Translations under genes and position numbers: made by a program
NCBI GenBank assembly: GCA_963667015.2
Contig: CAXXJJ010000001.1
Location: forward strand, 1,152,001-1,216,000
DNA from: Desulfatiglandales bacterium
GTDB lineage: Bacteria > Desulfobacterota > DSM-4660 > Desulfatiglandales > HGW-15
Direction of reading: 5' to 3'
DNA length: 64,000 nucleotides
The notes under the pieces: generated by a model
Databases searched by the model: none
The model's input: the letters and a program-made list of their open reading frames with translations, nothing else
What the model was told of the DNA's origin: nothing
Shown: piece by piece, positions 1-9,768 of the stretch
How positions within the stretch are numbered: the stretch's first letter is position 1
Layout: each line of letters opens with the position of its first letter

Positions 1-11
1 GGGGATGAACG

Positions 12-3000
12 ATGGGCGACTCATGGTTTGACAAAAATGAAAAATGTTCAAATATTGATAAAGATAAAGATAAAGAGCTATCCACGATAATAAGGGGCAT
101 AGCGTCCGAATTTGATGTTGTCATGGGAAACCCTGAACGTGTGAGGAAAAACTGTTCCAGGCTCCTTGAACTATTGGAAAACCCGCCGGCCTCAATTGAT
201 CTTGAATGCCTGAATCAGCTTGTCCCCCTGTTGCCAAAGAAGATGGGAGATATAGTCTCTCCACTGTTTGACCTTTTTTATGAAATCACAAAAAAGGTTA
301 AAGATCCCTGGCCTTTTCTTCAGGGGCTTCTTTCTGTCAGGGATGCAGATCTTGTTTTAAAGGCGCTGAATTTCGCGGCCTCCCTCGCACAGTCAGGGGC
401 CTTAACCGTTGATCCCAAGGTGTTAGGCTTCTTCGCCGATAAAATTGAAAGTGACGGAAGTCCCCTTAGTAATCCCGAAGGCCATGCGGTAACTGCAAAA
501 ATAGTACACTGTTTTTCCGACGGATTCTCCGCCGATGTAAAAGATGGTGCAATGGATATTTTCCTGCATCAAAAGGATATCAAATTACGCAGACTGGGAG
601 CCCGGATTCTGGATTTACCGGGAGTGCCGGTGCCGGAGGATGTAGCGCTTGAGGCCCTGGGTGAGGATGCATTCCGGTTTTTCATGCCTTACCTGTTATT
701 TACCAGGGCATCCTATACGGATCTCCTTCAAATCCTTCCATTGCCGGGAAAACCCGCACCGGCATTGAATCTGTTGCGTTCAGCCGAATCATCATTCGGA
801 GAACAGCTTCTTAAAGAAATTGTATCGCGCATGGGGTGGCAGAATATCAATTTCGGGATTGAGAGCAACAGACTGACCAGCCTAAAAATCGGTGATTCAT
901 TTCCGTTAATTGTCTCCCATGAAGAGGCCATACTCTTTGATTCAAGGAGTGATGTCAGGCGTGATAATGAAATATATCTTTTCATTGGTCATGGCGGATT
1001 TCAAGGTGAAGGTAAACGGGAGAACCGGGATAAGGATCCGGTGATACTCTTTCGGGCCTACAATCTTTCCCATGCCAGGGTCCTGGCCGATTTTAACGAT
1101 ACAGGGCCCCTTTCATCTGCAAAAGTGGACCGGATGCTGTCGGCGATGGACGGTATAGTTTCCGATTATTTAGCCCTTTTTTCTTCACACTCAACCGAAA
1201 GTTCAATATTGCCCGATGTCTACAGCAAACTTAAAAATAAGATTTTATCTGAAGTGGAAAAGATGAAATTAAAGGGCAGAACAACTCCTGATCTGTCCAG
1301 GCTTGTTCTGATGTTCGAGGATCCCCCAAACCTTGGTGCTGTTCAAACCTTGCACGGGCTGAAGCGTTACCTTCATCAAAAAGGACTTCGGCTGGGATTT
1401 CGGCTGATAGATTCAAGCTGTGCAATGAACCGTACGGTGTCAATGATTACCGCGTCTGAAAAAAAGGTCCTTAATGTATTATCATGCATCAGTTATATTA
1501 ATTTTGAGCCGGGAATGGAAGATGTCGATCCAACACATGTTCCCTTCCCGGTCAGGATTGTTGCTGATGCATATGCACGGCAGATGCTCAGGGGAGAAAA
1601 GGATTTCCCGAGTATAAGGATATTCTGTTACGGGAACGAAATTAATTACTACATATCTTTCAGAAATCACCCTGTGTTTCTGAGAATCGATTTCTCGCAC
1701 CCTTTAAACAACGGAATGATTGATCTAGAATATTATGGCGTGAGCAAGACAGAGATTGATCATCATCCTAACCTGTCCCTTGATGCTATTAAATATTTTT
1801 TTCAATATCTCGGATTCGATGTCGATGTTAACCAGACCCACATCAAGGTCCGTTATGATAAAAACATGACCATGGACACAAAGGATCTCTATGAGAAGGC
1901 AGAGATTCTGTTCAACCTTGTTCCCTACTTTATGGACATTGACTGGGTTATCAGTTCGTTAGATCTGGATAAAGAGTCCTGTGGCCTGGTTACCGAAGCA
2001 TGGGCAGGGTTTTTCAGGAAGTGGGGAGTTCTTCCTCTGGATCAGTTTCTTACAGCTGACCGCCGGGGAATTCTTGTGAATCGAAAACCCGGCCCTACCG
2101 GAGATAAGGAAATTATATGGAACGGAAAAGCTCCCTATACTGACCAGACCGGCTCACCATTGCCGGAAGATCTCCTGGCCTGTTTAAACAGATCTTTGCA
2201 GGAGCTTGGCCTTGATCTCCATCGTTTTTCCGGCCAGTTGTCAGACAATGAGATTGGCCAGCTTCAAATAGAAAAATTGATTCTTAGGCCCTTCAGGGAG
2301 GCTGTTTCCCTGGGCGGTATTTTGACGAAAGCAGGAGGTTTGTCCCGGGCACCTTCCGATAAATTCAAATATGAATGGGAAGCGGAACGTTTTGCTGAAA
2401 TACTTTCTGAGAAGGGGGATGCAATGATATCTTCCTTTTCGCTTGCCGGGCTTGTCAGGCCGCTTGAGCAGAATACATATTTTATAGATTCCGGCAGTAT
2501 TAACGGATACAGGATTCAATATGCGTCCGTACCGGTTTTCGGCAGCATAATCGATATCTACACCCTGAGAGATGAAGAAGGTATTATACGTTTTTCCTTT
2601 TTTACAAATGGCTCCACCCTTTGCCGAAAGAGAGAAGATACCGGGTCGCAGTGGAGATCAAACTTCAGTGTCGATATCCATGAACTGGCAGGCCTGCTCC
2701 GGGAAGGCAACTGCCTGATGCCGGGAATGGATGCAGTTGAAGAGTCTCCCGAAGAGATAAAATCTGTCTGTGATAAATTCAGGCAGTTTAACCGAAGGCG
2801 GGAGCATATGCCCTTTAAGGGAGAACGGATCATAAAAGGGGTAAAGGTTTCGCCTGGACGGGTTGTCGGAAGGATCCTCTTCAAAAGCTCAGAAAACAGA
2901 TCTCCGGAAGATTTTAAGGGCCGGATCCTTGTCACGCCGGGAATTCACCCCGAGGATAATGCTTTGATATACAACTCATCAGGTATAGTTACTACCGGTG

Positions 3001-5090
3001 GAGGTATACTGAGCCATGCTGCCCTTACTGCCCTTCAGTTCAAAAAGCCTTCCATGATCATAGACGGTAAATGGGAAAAATCTCCTGACGGCAGGATGAA
3101 TCTTCTCAGTTATTTTTCCGAATACCATGAGGAGAGTAAAGATTATTTGGATTATAAAATAACCGCTAGGTCGGTAATAACCAGAAATGATCAATATATC
3201 AGAGAGGGGGATCTTGCAGTACTGGACTCGGAGCAAGGTGTTTTTTCAATCCTCGGGCAGGAAAGGGAGGCAGTCAAATTCTATGAAACCTACATGCATT
3301 TTTGTGAAACTACCGAAAGTCTTATGTCATCAAAGGACACCCATCACATATTAACCCTGAGGGGTCTAAGGCTTCGTGCACTCCACAGAATTGAAAAACA
3401 GCTCTCCGGTATTTCCGATCCCTTTCTTGCCTGCCATGTTGTATATGAACTGCTTATGAGCGAGTATCTGTCCTTTAACCGCGGAAGCAGGAACGAGAAG
3501 GCCGGCCTGATATCCATTATTCTGAAAAACCCGGATACAGAGGCCTCTGCCAGGGAACATCTGCTGGATACATTTTTAAACCTTAATCTCCGGCACCAGT
3601 CACTTCTTGATGAAATCAGGAAGCAGCTGCCTTCCTATGTTAATATTTTTGAGAGGCTCTATATGCGTCTCAAGCTGCTGCGGATCAGGCGGACGGTGAA
3701 AGAGGCATATGAATCACTGCAGAGCTGCAGTTTTACAGATATCAGGATGGATGACTCTGTAAGTGAAGATATTGACGGGCAGTTTAAGGCACATTTTAAC
3801 AGAAAACTGGAAACACTGTCCGGCGAGCTTGAAAACAGCCTGTCATCAGGAAAGAGTTTTCATGTCCGCCATTTGATATTGCAGATGGAACGGCTGCATT
3901 CTTTACTTGGGACCTCAGCAGCAACAGAAAGCCGGATTAAGGAAACAACGGATAAGATTAGACTGTCTGATGAGGCCTCCCTGGATCGTCTGAAAAAGAG
4001 TTATATAGTGAGGTCAACGGATGGCGGTATTGAGCTGTCTCATCTGATTGGATGGAAGGCCGCCAACCTGTCCGAGGTAGAGCGTCTGACAGGAGAAGAA
4101 CTGGTGCCCCGGTGGTTTGCTGTTACAGACTATGCGCTTAATCAGGTTCTGGACCTGCCCCTTGACCTGGCAGCCAGAAACATCACAGGGATCTCTTCCT
4201 CAGGGACCTTAAGATCGGCATTAAAGGATATCCTTGCTCGTCATAATATTGACCACATACAGAAATCCCTGAAGATCATTCAGATATGGGAAGATGTTAT
4301 CCTTCCTGAAGAGCTGACCCGGGAAATTCTTAACGCCTACAGACTTCTTATGAATCCTTCAGTCAAAAAGAACGGTGAAAACGAGATGTCCGGCTATGTA
4401 TCAATAAGATCATCTTCCAGCGATGAAGACACTGAGCTTTCATCCAATGCCGGCATGTTTGACACCTTTCTTTTTATCCGCGGTGAAGAGGCGGTCTTAA
4501 AATATCTGAAAAGGGTATGGGCCGGGTTCTGGGGTGAAAAGGCATTATATCACAGGTCCCTGACCGGAGCGGTTTCGGAAATGCCCGGAGGAGGTGTAAT
4601 AATCCAGCGCCTGATTCCTTCGAGGGTTTCCGGCGTGCTTCAGACTATAAATGCTGCAGAAGAAAATCCCGGGGAGATGGTTATCAATGCAGGCCTTGGG
4701 CTCGGGCAGGGGATTGTTTCGGGAAGGATAACGGGTGATCAGATATTTGTTGAGAAGGACAGGAAAACAATGGAGAACCCGGATGAACAGTTAAAATTTC
4801 ATTATTTTACAAGAGAAAAAATAACACAGGCGGTATTTAATAAATGGGAGGGCCGGGGTGTAATATATTCTTCGATACCCTATCACAGGCGTCTCCTGCC
4901 CGCGCTCAGTTATATGGAGATCTCCAGCCTGGTAATAAGGGCGGCCAGCCTTGAAATAGCCTACGGATATCCTCTGGATATTGAATTCTGTATAGAGGGC
5001 GACAGGCTCTGGATTTTACAATGCCGTCCGGTTACCAGTTTTATGAAGATTTTCCAGGAGACAATTAAACACTATCCATTATCTCAGTAA
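12..5090 (+). CDS. Very large PEP-utilising/dikinase-family protein: uncharacterised N-terminal region, phosphohistidine swivel domain, C-terminal PPDK_N-type ATP-grasp domain
   Basis: Swivel motif SPGRVVG...TTGGGILSHAALTA (His1002). The C-terminal GWKAANL, VSIRSSSSDED, NAGMFDTFL, SRVSGV, GLGLGQGIVSG and PLDIEFCIEGDRLWILQCRPVT motifs are typical of the PEP-synthase nucleotide-binding domain. Confidence 0.8.
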   Translation: MGDSWFDKNEKCSNIDKDKDKELSTIIRGIASEFDVVMGNPERVRKNCSRLLELLENPPASIDLECLNQLVPLLPKKMGDIVSPLFDLFYEITKKVKDPWPFLQGLLSVRDADLVLKALNFAASLAQSGALTVDPKVLGFFADKIESDGSPLSNPEGHAVTAKIVHCFSDGFSADVKDGAMDIFLHQKDIKLRRLGARILDLPGVPVPEDVALEALGEDAFRFFMPYLLFTRASYTDLLQILPLPGKPAPALNLLRSAESSFGEQLLKEIVSRMGWQNINFGIESNRLTSLKIGDSFPLIVSHEEAILFDSRSDVRRDNEIYLFIGHGGFQGEGKRENRDKDPVILFRAYNLSHARVLADFNDTGPLSSAKVDRMLSAMDGIVSDYLALFSSHSTESSILPDVYSKLKNKILSEVEKMKLKGRTTPDLSRLVLMFEDPPNLGAVQTLHGLKRYLHQKGLRLGFRLIDSSCAMNRTVSMITASEKKVLNVLSCISYINFEPGMEDVDPTHVPFPVRIVADAYARQMLRGEKDFPSIRIFCYGNEINYYISFRNHPVFLRIDFSHPLNNGMIDLEYYGVSKTEIDHHPNLSLDAIKYFFQYLGFDVDVNQTHIKVRYDKNMTMDTKDLYEKAEILFNLVPYFMDIDWVISSLDLDKESCGLVTEAWAGFFRKWGVLPLDQFLTADRRGILVNRKPGPTGDKEIIWNGKAPYTDQTGSPLPEDLLACLNRSLQELGLDLHRFSGQLSDNEIGQLQIEKLILRPFREAVSLGGILTKAGGLSRAPSDKFKYEWEAERFAEILSEKGDAMISSFSLAGLVRPLEQNTYFIDSGSINGYRIQYASVPVFGSIIDIYTLRDEEGIIRFSFFTNGSTLCRKREDTGSQWRSNFSVDIHELAGLLREGNCLMPGMDAVEESPEEIKSVCDKFRQFNRRREHMPFKGERIIKGVKVSPGRVVGRILFKSSENRSPEDFKGRILVTPGIHPEDNALIYNSSGIVTTGGGILSHAALTALQFKKPSMIIDGKWEKSPDGRMNLLSYFSEYHEESKDYLDYKITARSVITRNDQYIREGDLAVLDSEQGVFSILGQEREAVKFYETYMHFCETTESLMSSKDTHHILTLRGLRLRALHRIEKQLSGISDPFLACHVVYELLMSEYLSFNRGSRNEKAGLISIILKNPDTEASAREHLLDTFLNLNLRHQSLLDEIRKQLPSYVNIFERLYMRLKLLRIRRTVKEAYESLQSCSFTDIRMDDSVSEDIDGQFKAHFNRKLETLSGELENSLSSGKSFHVRHLILQMERLHSLLGTSAATESRIKETTDKIRLSDEASLDRLKKSYIVRSTDGGIELSHLIGWKAANLSEVERLTGEELVPRWFAVTDYALNQVLDLPLDLAARNITGISSSGTLRSALKDILARHNIDHIQKSLKIIQIWEDVILPEELTREILNAYRLLMNPSVKKNGENEMSGYVSIRSSSSDEDTELSSNAGMFDTFLFIRGEEAVLKYLKRVWAGFWGEKALYHRSLTGAVSEMPGGGVIIQRLIPSRVSGVLQTINAAEENPGEMVINAGLGLGQGIVSGRITGDQIFVEKDRKTMENPDEQLKFHYFTREKITQAVFNKWEGRGVIYSSIPYHRRLLPALSYMEISSLVIRAASLEIAYGYPLDIEFCIEGDRLWILQCRPVTSFMKIFQETIKHYPLSQ

Positions 5091-5129
5091 TATTATAACT
5101 TTCTGCATATTAACTTTGGAGGTTGCCGC

Positions 5130-7379
5130 ATGATAAGAGAAAATGATTCCCTGACATATCACTCAGCCGAACGTCCCGGAAAAATCGAGATACACAGTTC
5201 AAAGCCGTGTATTACACCCAGGGAAATGAGACTGGCCTACCTGCCCGGGGCTACATTTCCTTCAAAGCTCATAATGGAAGAACCGTCACAGATATTTAAC
5301 TATACAGCAAAAGGAAACCTGGTTGGCGTAATAACAAACGGATCTTCTGTTCCCGGCCTGGGTAATGTAGGGCCGGAGGCTGCAAAACCGATGCAGGAGG
5401 GTATCGCGGTTCTTTTCAAGCAGCTTGCTGACATTGATGTGTTTGATCTTGAACTTGACACTTCTGATCCGGAGAAGTTCATTGATACAGTTTTAATGCT
5501 GGAACCCACTTTTGGAGGAATAAATATCAAGGACATAAGTGTCCTGGAAGGGTTGCATATCTATGACCGTCTAAGTGAATGTATGAAAATACCTGTTTTT
5601 CATGAAAACCTTTACAGCTCTGCGGTCGTGGCTTCTGCCGCACTCTTAAACGCACTTGATCTTGTTGATAAAAAGATCGAAGACGTGCGTGTGGTTATAT
5701 GCGGTATCGGGACCCTGGGCGTGGGTTGTGCCAGACTGTTTTTACAGCTTGGAATTCAGCCTGAAAACCTCCTTGTATATGACAGAAAAGGTCTGCTGCA
5801 TCCTGACCGGAAGGATATGCCTGAGTATAAAAAAATCTTTGCAAGGAAACACCCGGCACGTACCCTTTCGGAAGGGTTAAGAGGCGCGGATGTATTCCTT
5901 GGGGCCTCGGTTTCCGGTACAGTCAATCCCGTGATGGTCAGGTCCATGAACTCCTTTCCAATCCTGTTTGCACTGTCCGCACCATATCCGGAAATCGATT
6001 ATGAAAAAGCCAAATCAAGCAGAAAAGATGTTATTGTAGCCACCAGCATGGGGCTTTACCCCAATGCGGTCCTTGATACCCTCAGTTTCCCCTATATCTT
6101 CAGGGGCGCACTCGATGTCCAGGCCACGCGTATTACGGAGGGAATGATGATAGCCGCTGCCAGGGCACTGGCCGAACTGGCCCGTGAAGAGGTGGTGGAG
6201 GAGGTGGAAAGGGCATATGGTGATGAGCATTTCAGCTTTGGGCCCGAATATCTTCTTCCAAAACCCATTGACCCGAGGATTCTGGTATATGAATCATCCG
6301 CTGTCGCCCAGCAGGCTATAGAGGAGGGTGTTGCCCGTATTTCAGTTGACAACACATCGCACCGCGAAAGATTGTCCGTTCGGATGGGAACAGGCCGGGA
6401 AACCATGCGGAAGATAATAATGAAGGCAAAGCAGGAAAACCTCAGTATCGTTTTTGCTGACGGAACAGATGAGACGATCCTGCGTGCCTGCTCAATCCTG
6501 CTGGATGAAGGGATCGTAAGACCGACACTGCTTGGTAATCGTGAAGAGGTTTTAAGGGCTGTCGAAACTCTCGGTCTGGATCTGGAAGGCGTAAATATTA
6601 TAGACCCGGTTAAAAGTCCCCGTTTTGAATTTTATGTGGATGAGTATTTCAGGATAGGGCAGCGCAGGGGTGTAATGCGGCCCGAGGCTATAAAGCGCCT
6701 TCAGCAGCGGGATTATTTTGCATCGCTTATGCTTCATACCGGCGATACTGATATGCTGTTTGCAGGGGTATCAACACATTACGCAAAATCATTCCGGACA
6801 ATTCTTGAAGTGATAGGTCCTGCCCCGGAAATAAGCAGGATTTCAAGCCACCATATGATACTTCTGCCTAAAAATATCTATTTTCTTGCAGACTGCGCAG
6901 TCAATATAGACCCGAGTGCGGAAGAACTGGCGGAGATTGCATTGCTTACCGCAAGCAGGGTGAGTTCGCTTGGGCTCGAACCCCGTGTTGCCATGCTTTC
7001 ATTTTCCAATTTCGGGAGTGTTGGGCACCCCCTTTCAAACAAAGTGAGAAGGGCCACGGAGATAGCAAAGGAGCGTGCCCCTGAATTAATTATTGACGGG
7101 GAAGTACAACTGGCCGTTGCTGTAGATGAAAAATTAAGGTTAAAAAATTTCCCCTTTTCCGACCTTGTTGAAAATGCCAATATTCTTATCTTTCCGGATC
7201 TTCAGTCCGGGATACTGGCCCTCGACCTGATCCAGCAGATCGGCAAGGCCGTATCGGTCGGGCCCATACTCATGGGGACAAGGCTGCCGGTACATCTTCG
7301 CCAGTATGGTGTTACTGTGGAAGAGGTCGTGAATCTGGTGGCAACAGGGGTGGTGGAGGCGGTGTCATTCAACAGATAG
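5130..7379 (+). CDS. maeB: MaeB-type malic enzyme/phosphotransacetylase fusion homologue with altered active site
   Basis: Collinear with MaeB (YTAKGNLVGVITNG, IDVFDLE, LEPTFGGIN, FPYIFRGALDV, FGPEYLLPKPIDPR; PTA domain PRVAMLSFSNFGS, ANILIFPDL). Catalytic Lys, Glu and Asp positions are changed. Confidence 0.85.
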   Translation: MIRENDSLTYHSAERPGKIEIHSSKPCITPREMRLAYLPGATFPSKLIMEEPSQIFNYTAKGNLVGVITNGSSVPGLGNVGPEAAKPMQEGIAVLFKQLADIDVFDLELDTSDPEKFIDTVLMLEPTFGGINIKDISVLEGLHIYDRLSECMKIPVFHENLYSSAVVASAALLNALDLVDKKIEDVRVVICGIGTLGVGCARLFLQLGIQPENLLVYDRKGLLHPDRKDMPEYKKIFARKHPARTLSEGLRGADVFLGASVSGTVNPVMVRSMNSFPILFALSAPYPEIDYEKAKSSRKDVIVATSMGLYPNAVLDTLSFPYIFRGALDVQATRITEGMMIAAARALAELAREEVVEEVERAYGDEHFSFGPEYLLPKPIDPRILVYESSAVAQQAIEEGVARISVDNTSHRERLSVRMGTGRETMRKIIMKAKQENLSIVFADGTDETILRACSILLDEGIVRPTLLGNREEVLRAVETLGLDLEGVNIIDPVKSPRFEFYVDEYFRIGQRRGVMRPEAIKRLQQRDYFASLMLHTGDTDMLFAGVSTHYAKSFRTILEVIGPAPEISRISSHHMILLPKNIYFLADCAVNIDPSAEELAEIALLTASRVSSLGLEPRVAMLSFSNFGSVGHPLSNKVRRATEIAKERAPELIIDGEVQLAVAVDEKLRLKNFPFSDLVENANILIFPDLQSGILALDLIQQIGKAVSVGPILMGTRLPVHLRQYGVTVEEVVNLVATGVVEAVSFNR

Positions 7380-7395
7380 GAGCATTTTTTATTGC

Positions 7396-7487
7396 GAAGC
7401 GCAAGGTCTAATACCTCGTCGCTTGCGGCGATTAAACAGATTTATTCATTATTTGATACCCCGCTGCTTGCGGCGGGGCAGTTCATT
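7396..7487. repeat. REP-like palindromic element (two GATACC...GCTTGCGGCG units)
   Basis: Hairpin CCCCGCTGC-TT-GCGGCGGGG at 7459-7478. Related sequences occur at 11819-11850 and 23067-23110. Confidence 0.55.
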
Positions 7488-7517
7488 TAAAAACTATTAA
7501 AGACACAGGGAAAATGA

Positions 7518-9482
7518 ATGGGTATTGCTGCTGATATAATCCTGCTGATTGTTGCTGCTTTTTTTTGCGGTCTGCTGTTTCAAAAATTTGGCCAGCCTTT
7601 GATCCTGGGATATATTATCGCAGGGATAATTTTAGGCCCCTATACAGGTGGATTAACGATCTCAAACATTCATGAGATTGAGCTGCTCGCCGAGATAGGC
7701 ATTGCACTCCTTCTTTTTGCCCTCGGCCTTGAGTTTTCCTTCAGGGATCTAAAACCGGTGAAGATGATTGCGGTTATAGGAACCCCAATCCAGATTCTGC
7801 TTACCATTGGTTTAGGTATGGGCATCGGATACCTGATGGATTGGGATTGGAAAACATCTCTATGGCTTGGGGCAATGATTTCCCTATCCAGTACAATGGT
7901 TATTTTAAAAACCCTGATGAACCAGGGATGGATGGGCACACTATCCAGTAAAGTGATGATAGGAATGCTTATTATCCAGGATCTGGCTGTAATTCCCATG
8001 ATGATAATTCTCCCTCAATTAAACAATCCCGCAGTGGGGCTGCCAGCTCTTGGATTTGCAGCCCTTAAAGCAGGAGTGTTTATTGCCGGGATGGTTTTTC
8101 TTGGAACCAGACTGCTGCCCGGCTTGATGACACATATTGCAAAACTTGGTTCAAGGGAGCTTTTTTTGCTCGCTATTACCGCTATCGGATTGGGTATAGG
8201 CTATCTGACACATCTGGTGGGGCTCTCTTTTGCCTTTGGTGCATTTGTGGCCGGAATAGTTCTCAATGAATCTGACTATGGTCATCAGGCGCTTTGTGAT
8301 ATTATTCCGCTTAGAGATCTCTTCGGGTTGCTGTTTTTTACCTCGGTTGGCATGCTGTTTAATCCTTCCTTTCTTTTAAATCATATAAAAGAAGTTATTA
8401 TTCTTGTACTGGCAATAGGTTTTGGAAAGGGACTCATCTTTGCAATGCTGTCCGGAGTTTTCAGATATAAAAATGTTATACCGCTTGCGGTAGGATTGAG
8501 TATGTTTCAAATCGGAGAGTTTTCCTTTGTTTTGGCAAAAGTGGGAGTAACAACAAATTCGATCGATACTGAGCTTTACTCTTTAATTTTGACTGCAGCT
8601 ATCTTTACAATGTTAATGACTCCTCTGATTTCAGGTCAGACATCAAAAATTTATTCATTAAAAAAACGCTGGTTTCGTCATGAAAAGCTTGAGACATCTA
8701 ATGTCCCAACCATTGGCCTGAATAATCATGTTATTATCGCCGGGGGCGGTCGAGTGGGTTTTCAGATAGCAACGGTTTTAAAACGCCTTCAAATACAATT
8801 TATTATTATCGAGCTTGATCACAGACGGTTTGAACAGGCCAAGGCAAGCGGAATGGCGGTTGTCTATGGTGACGCTGTTCAGGAAATCGTACTGGAAGCG
8901 GCTGGAATAAAGAATGCAAACCTTCTTATTTTAACACTGCCCGGAATTGTTGAAGCAAGATCGGTTATTGTTAATGTAAAAAAGCTGAATAGCTGCATAG
9001 AAATAATAGCAAGAACATCCGGGGCTGATTATTTCGAATCACTGAGAGAATTAGGGGTTACAGAAATTGTGCTCCCGGAGTTTGAGGCCGGCATTGAAAT
9101 GACCCGCCAGTCGCTCCTCCGTCTCAGAGTCCCGCCCGCAGAAGTCCACCGTTACACAGATACTCTAAGGCATGAGATTTGCTCTAATACATCCGGCCAG
9201 TTAACAGATTATCTGATGCTTTCACAACTCAGAAATGTTGAACAACAAATGGATCTGCAATGGGTTCGCCTGGAAGAGAACAGCCCGATTGCTGATAAGT
9301 CAATAGGTGAAAGTGAAATACGAAAGAGAACAGGTGTATCTATGGTTGGAGTTTTAAGGGGGGATAAATTTAAAGCAAATCCGGATGCAAATTTTGTTAT
9401 ATTACCGGGAGATATAATGGCAATAATCGGGGATGAGAAAAGCAGAAATTCTTTTATTATTTTGGCATCTCCTTTAGCGTAA
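7518..9482 (+). CDS. CPA2/Kef-family cation:proton antiporter with TrkA-N and TrkA-C (RCK) domains
   Basis: Many TM helices with [37 protein letters not shown] and QIGEFSFVL motifs; RCK GGGRVG; C-terminal TrkA-C-like domain. Confidence 0.9.
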   Translation: MGIAADIILLIVAAFFCGLLFQKFGQPLILGYIIAGIILGPYTGGLTISNIHEIELLAEIGIALLLFALGLEFSFRDLKPVKMIAVIGTPIQILLTIGLGMGIGYLMDWDWKTSLWLGAMISLSSTMVILKTLMNQGWMGTLSSKVMIGMLIIQDLAVIPMMIILPQLNNPAVGLPALGFAALKAGVFIAGMVFLGTRLLPGLMTHIAKLGSRELFLLAITAIGLGIGYLTHLVGLSFAFGAFVAGIVLNESDYGHQALCDIIPLRDLFGLLFFTSVGMLFNPSFLLNHIKEVIILVLAIGFGKGLIFAMLSGVFRYKNVIPLAVGLSMFQIGEFSFVLAKVGVTTNSIDTELYSLILTAAIFTMLMTPLISGQTSKIYSLKKRWFRHEKLETSNVPTIGLNNHVIIAGGGRVGFQIATVLKRLQIQFIIIELDHRRFEQAKASGMAVVYGDAVQEIVLEAAGIKNANLLILTLPGIVEARSVIVNVKKLNSCIEIIARTSGADYFESLRELGVTEIVLPEFEAGIEMTRQSLLRLRVPPAEVHRYTDTLRHEICSNTSGQLTDYLMLSQLRNVEQQMDLQWVRLEENSPIADKSIGESEIRKRTGVSMVGVLRGDKFKANPDANFVILPGDIMAIIGDEKSRNSFIILASPLA

Positions 9483-9663
9483 ATGCTTCATCGATTTTTA
9501 AGTGTGACATCGTAGAAACATGTTATTCTTGAATAATGCCAGAGGACTGATTCAAAATTATCGAATAATATTTGACAAAAAAAGTATTATTTTATAAAAA
9601 TTCACAACCTTGCAGCAGAAGCTGCATTTTGAATAAAAGAAAAGTATAAAAAATATGAGACTT

Positions 9664-9718
9664 AAAAAGCCACGAAGGCTGCAACTCCGGTAGGAGTGGT
9701 GCCTTTGTGGCTTTTTTT
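9664..9718 (+). promoter_or_regulatory. Terminator-like hairpin in the 5' leader of the TonB operon (candidate attenuator)
   Basis: AAAAAGCCACGAAGGC...GCCTTTGTGGCTTTTTTT with an inner ACTCC-GGTA-GGAGT stem. It lies between a TTGACA at 9572 and the start codon at 9769. Confidence 0.55.
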
Positions 9719-9768
9719 ATTTTAATCCCTTAATAACTGCATTGCGAAGTCTGAAAATGGAGGAAAAA

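Noticed and set aside
9483..9768. Cobalamin riboswitch upstream of the TonB receptor
   Set aside because: The conserved B12-element motifs (GGGAA...GCCACTG, AGYCAG) were not found.
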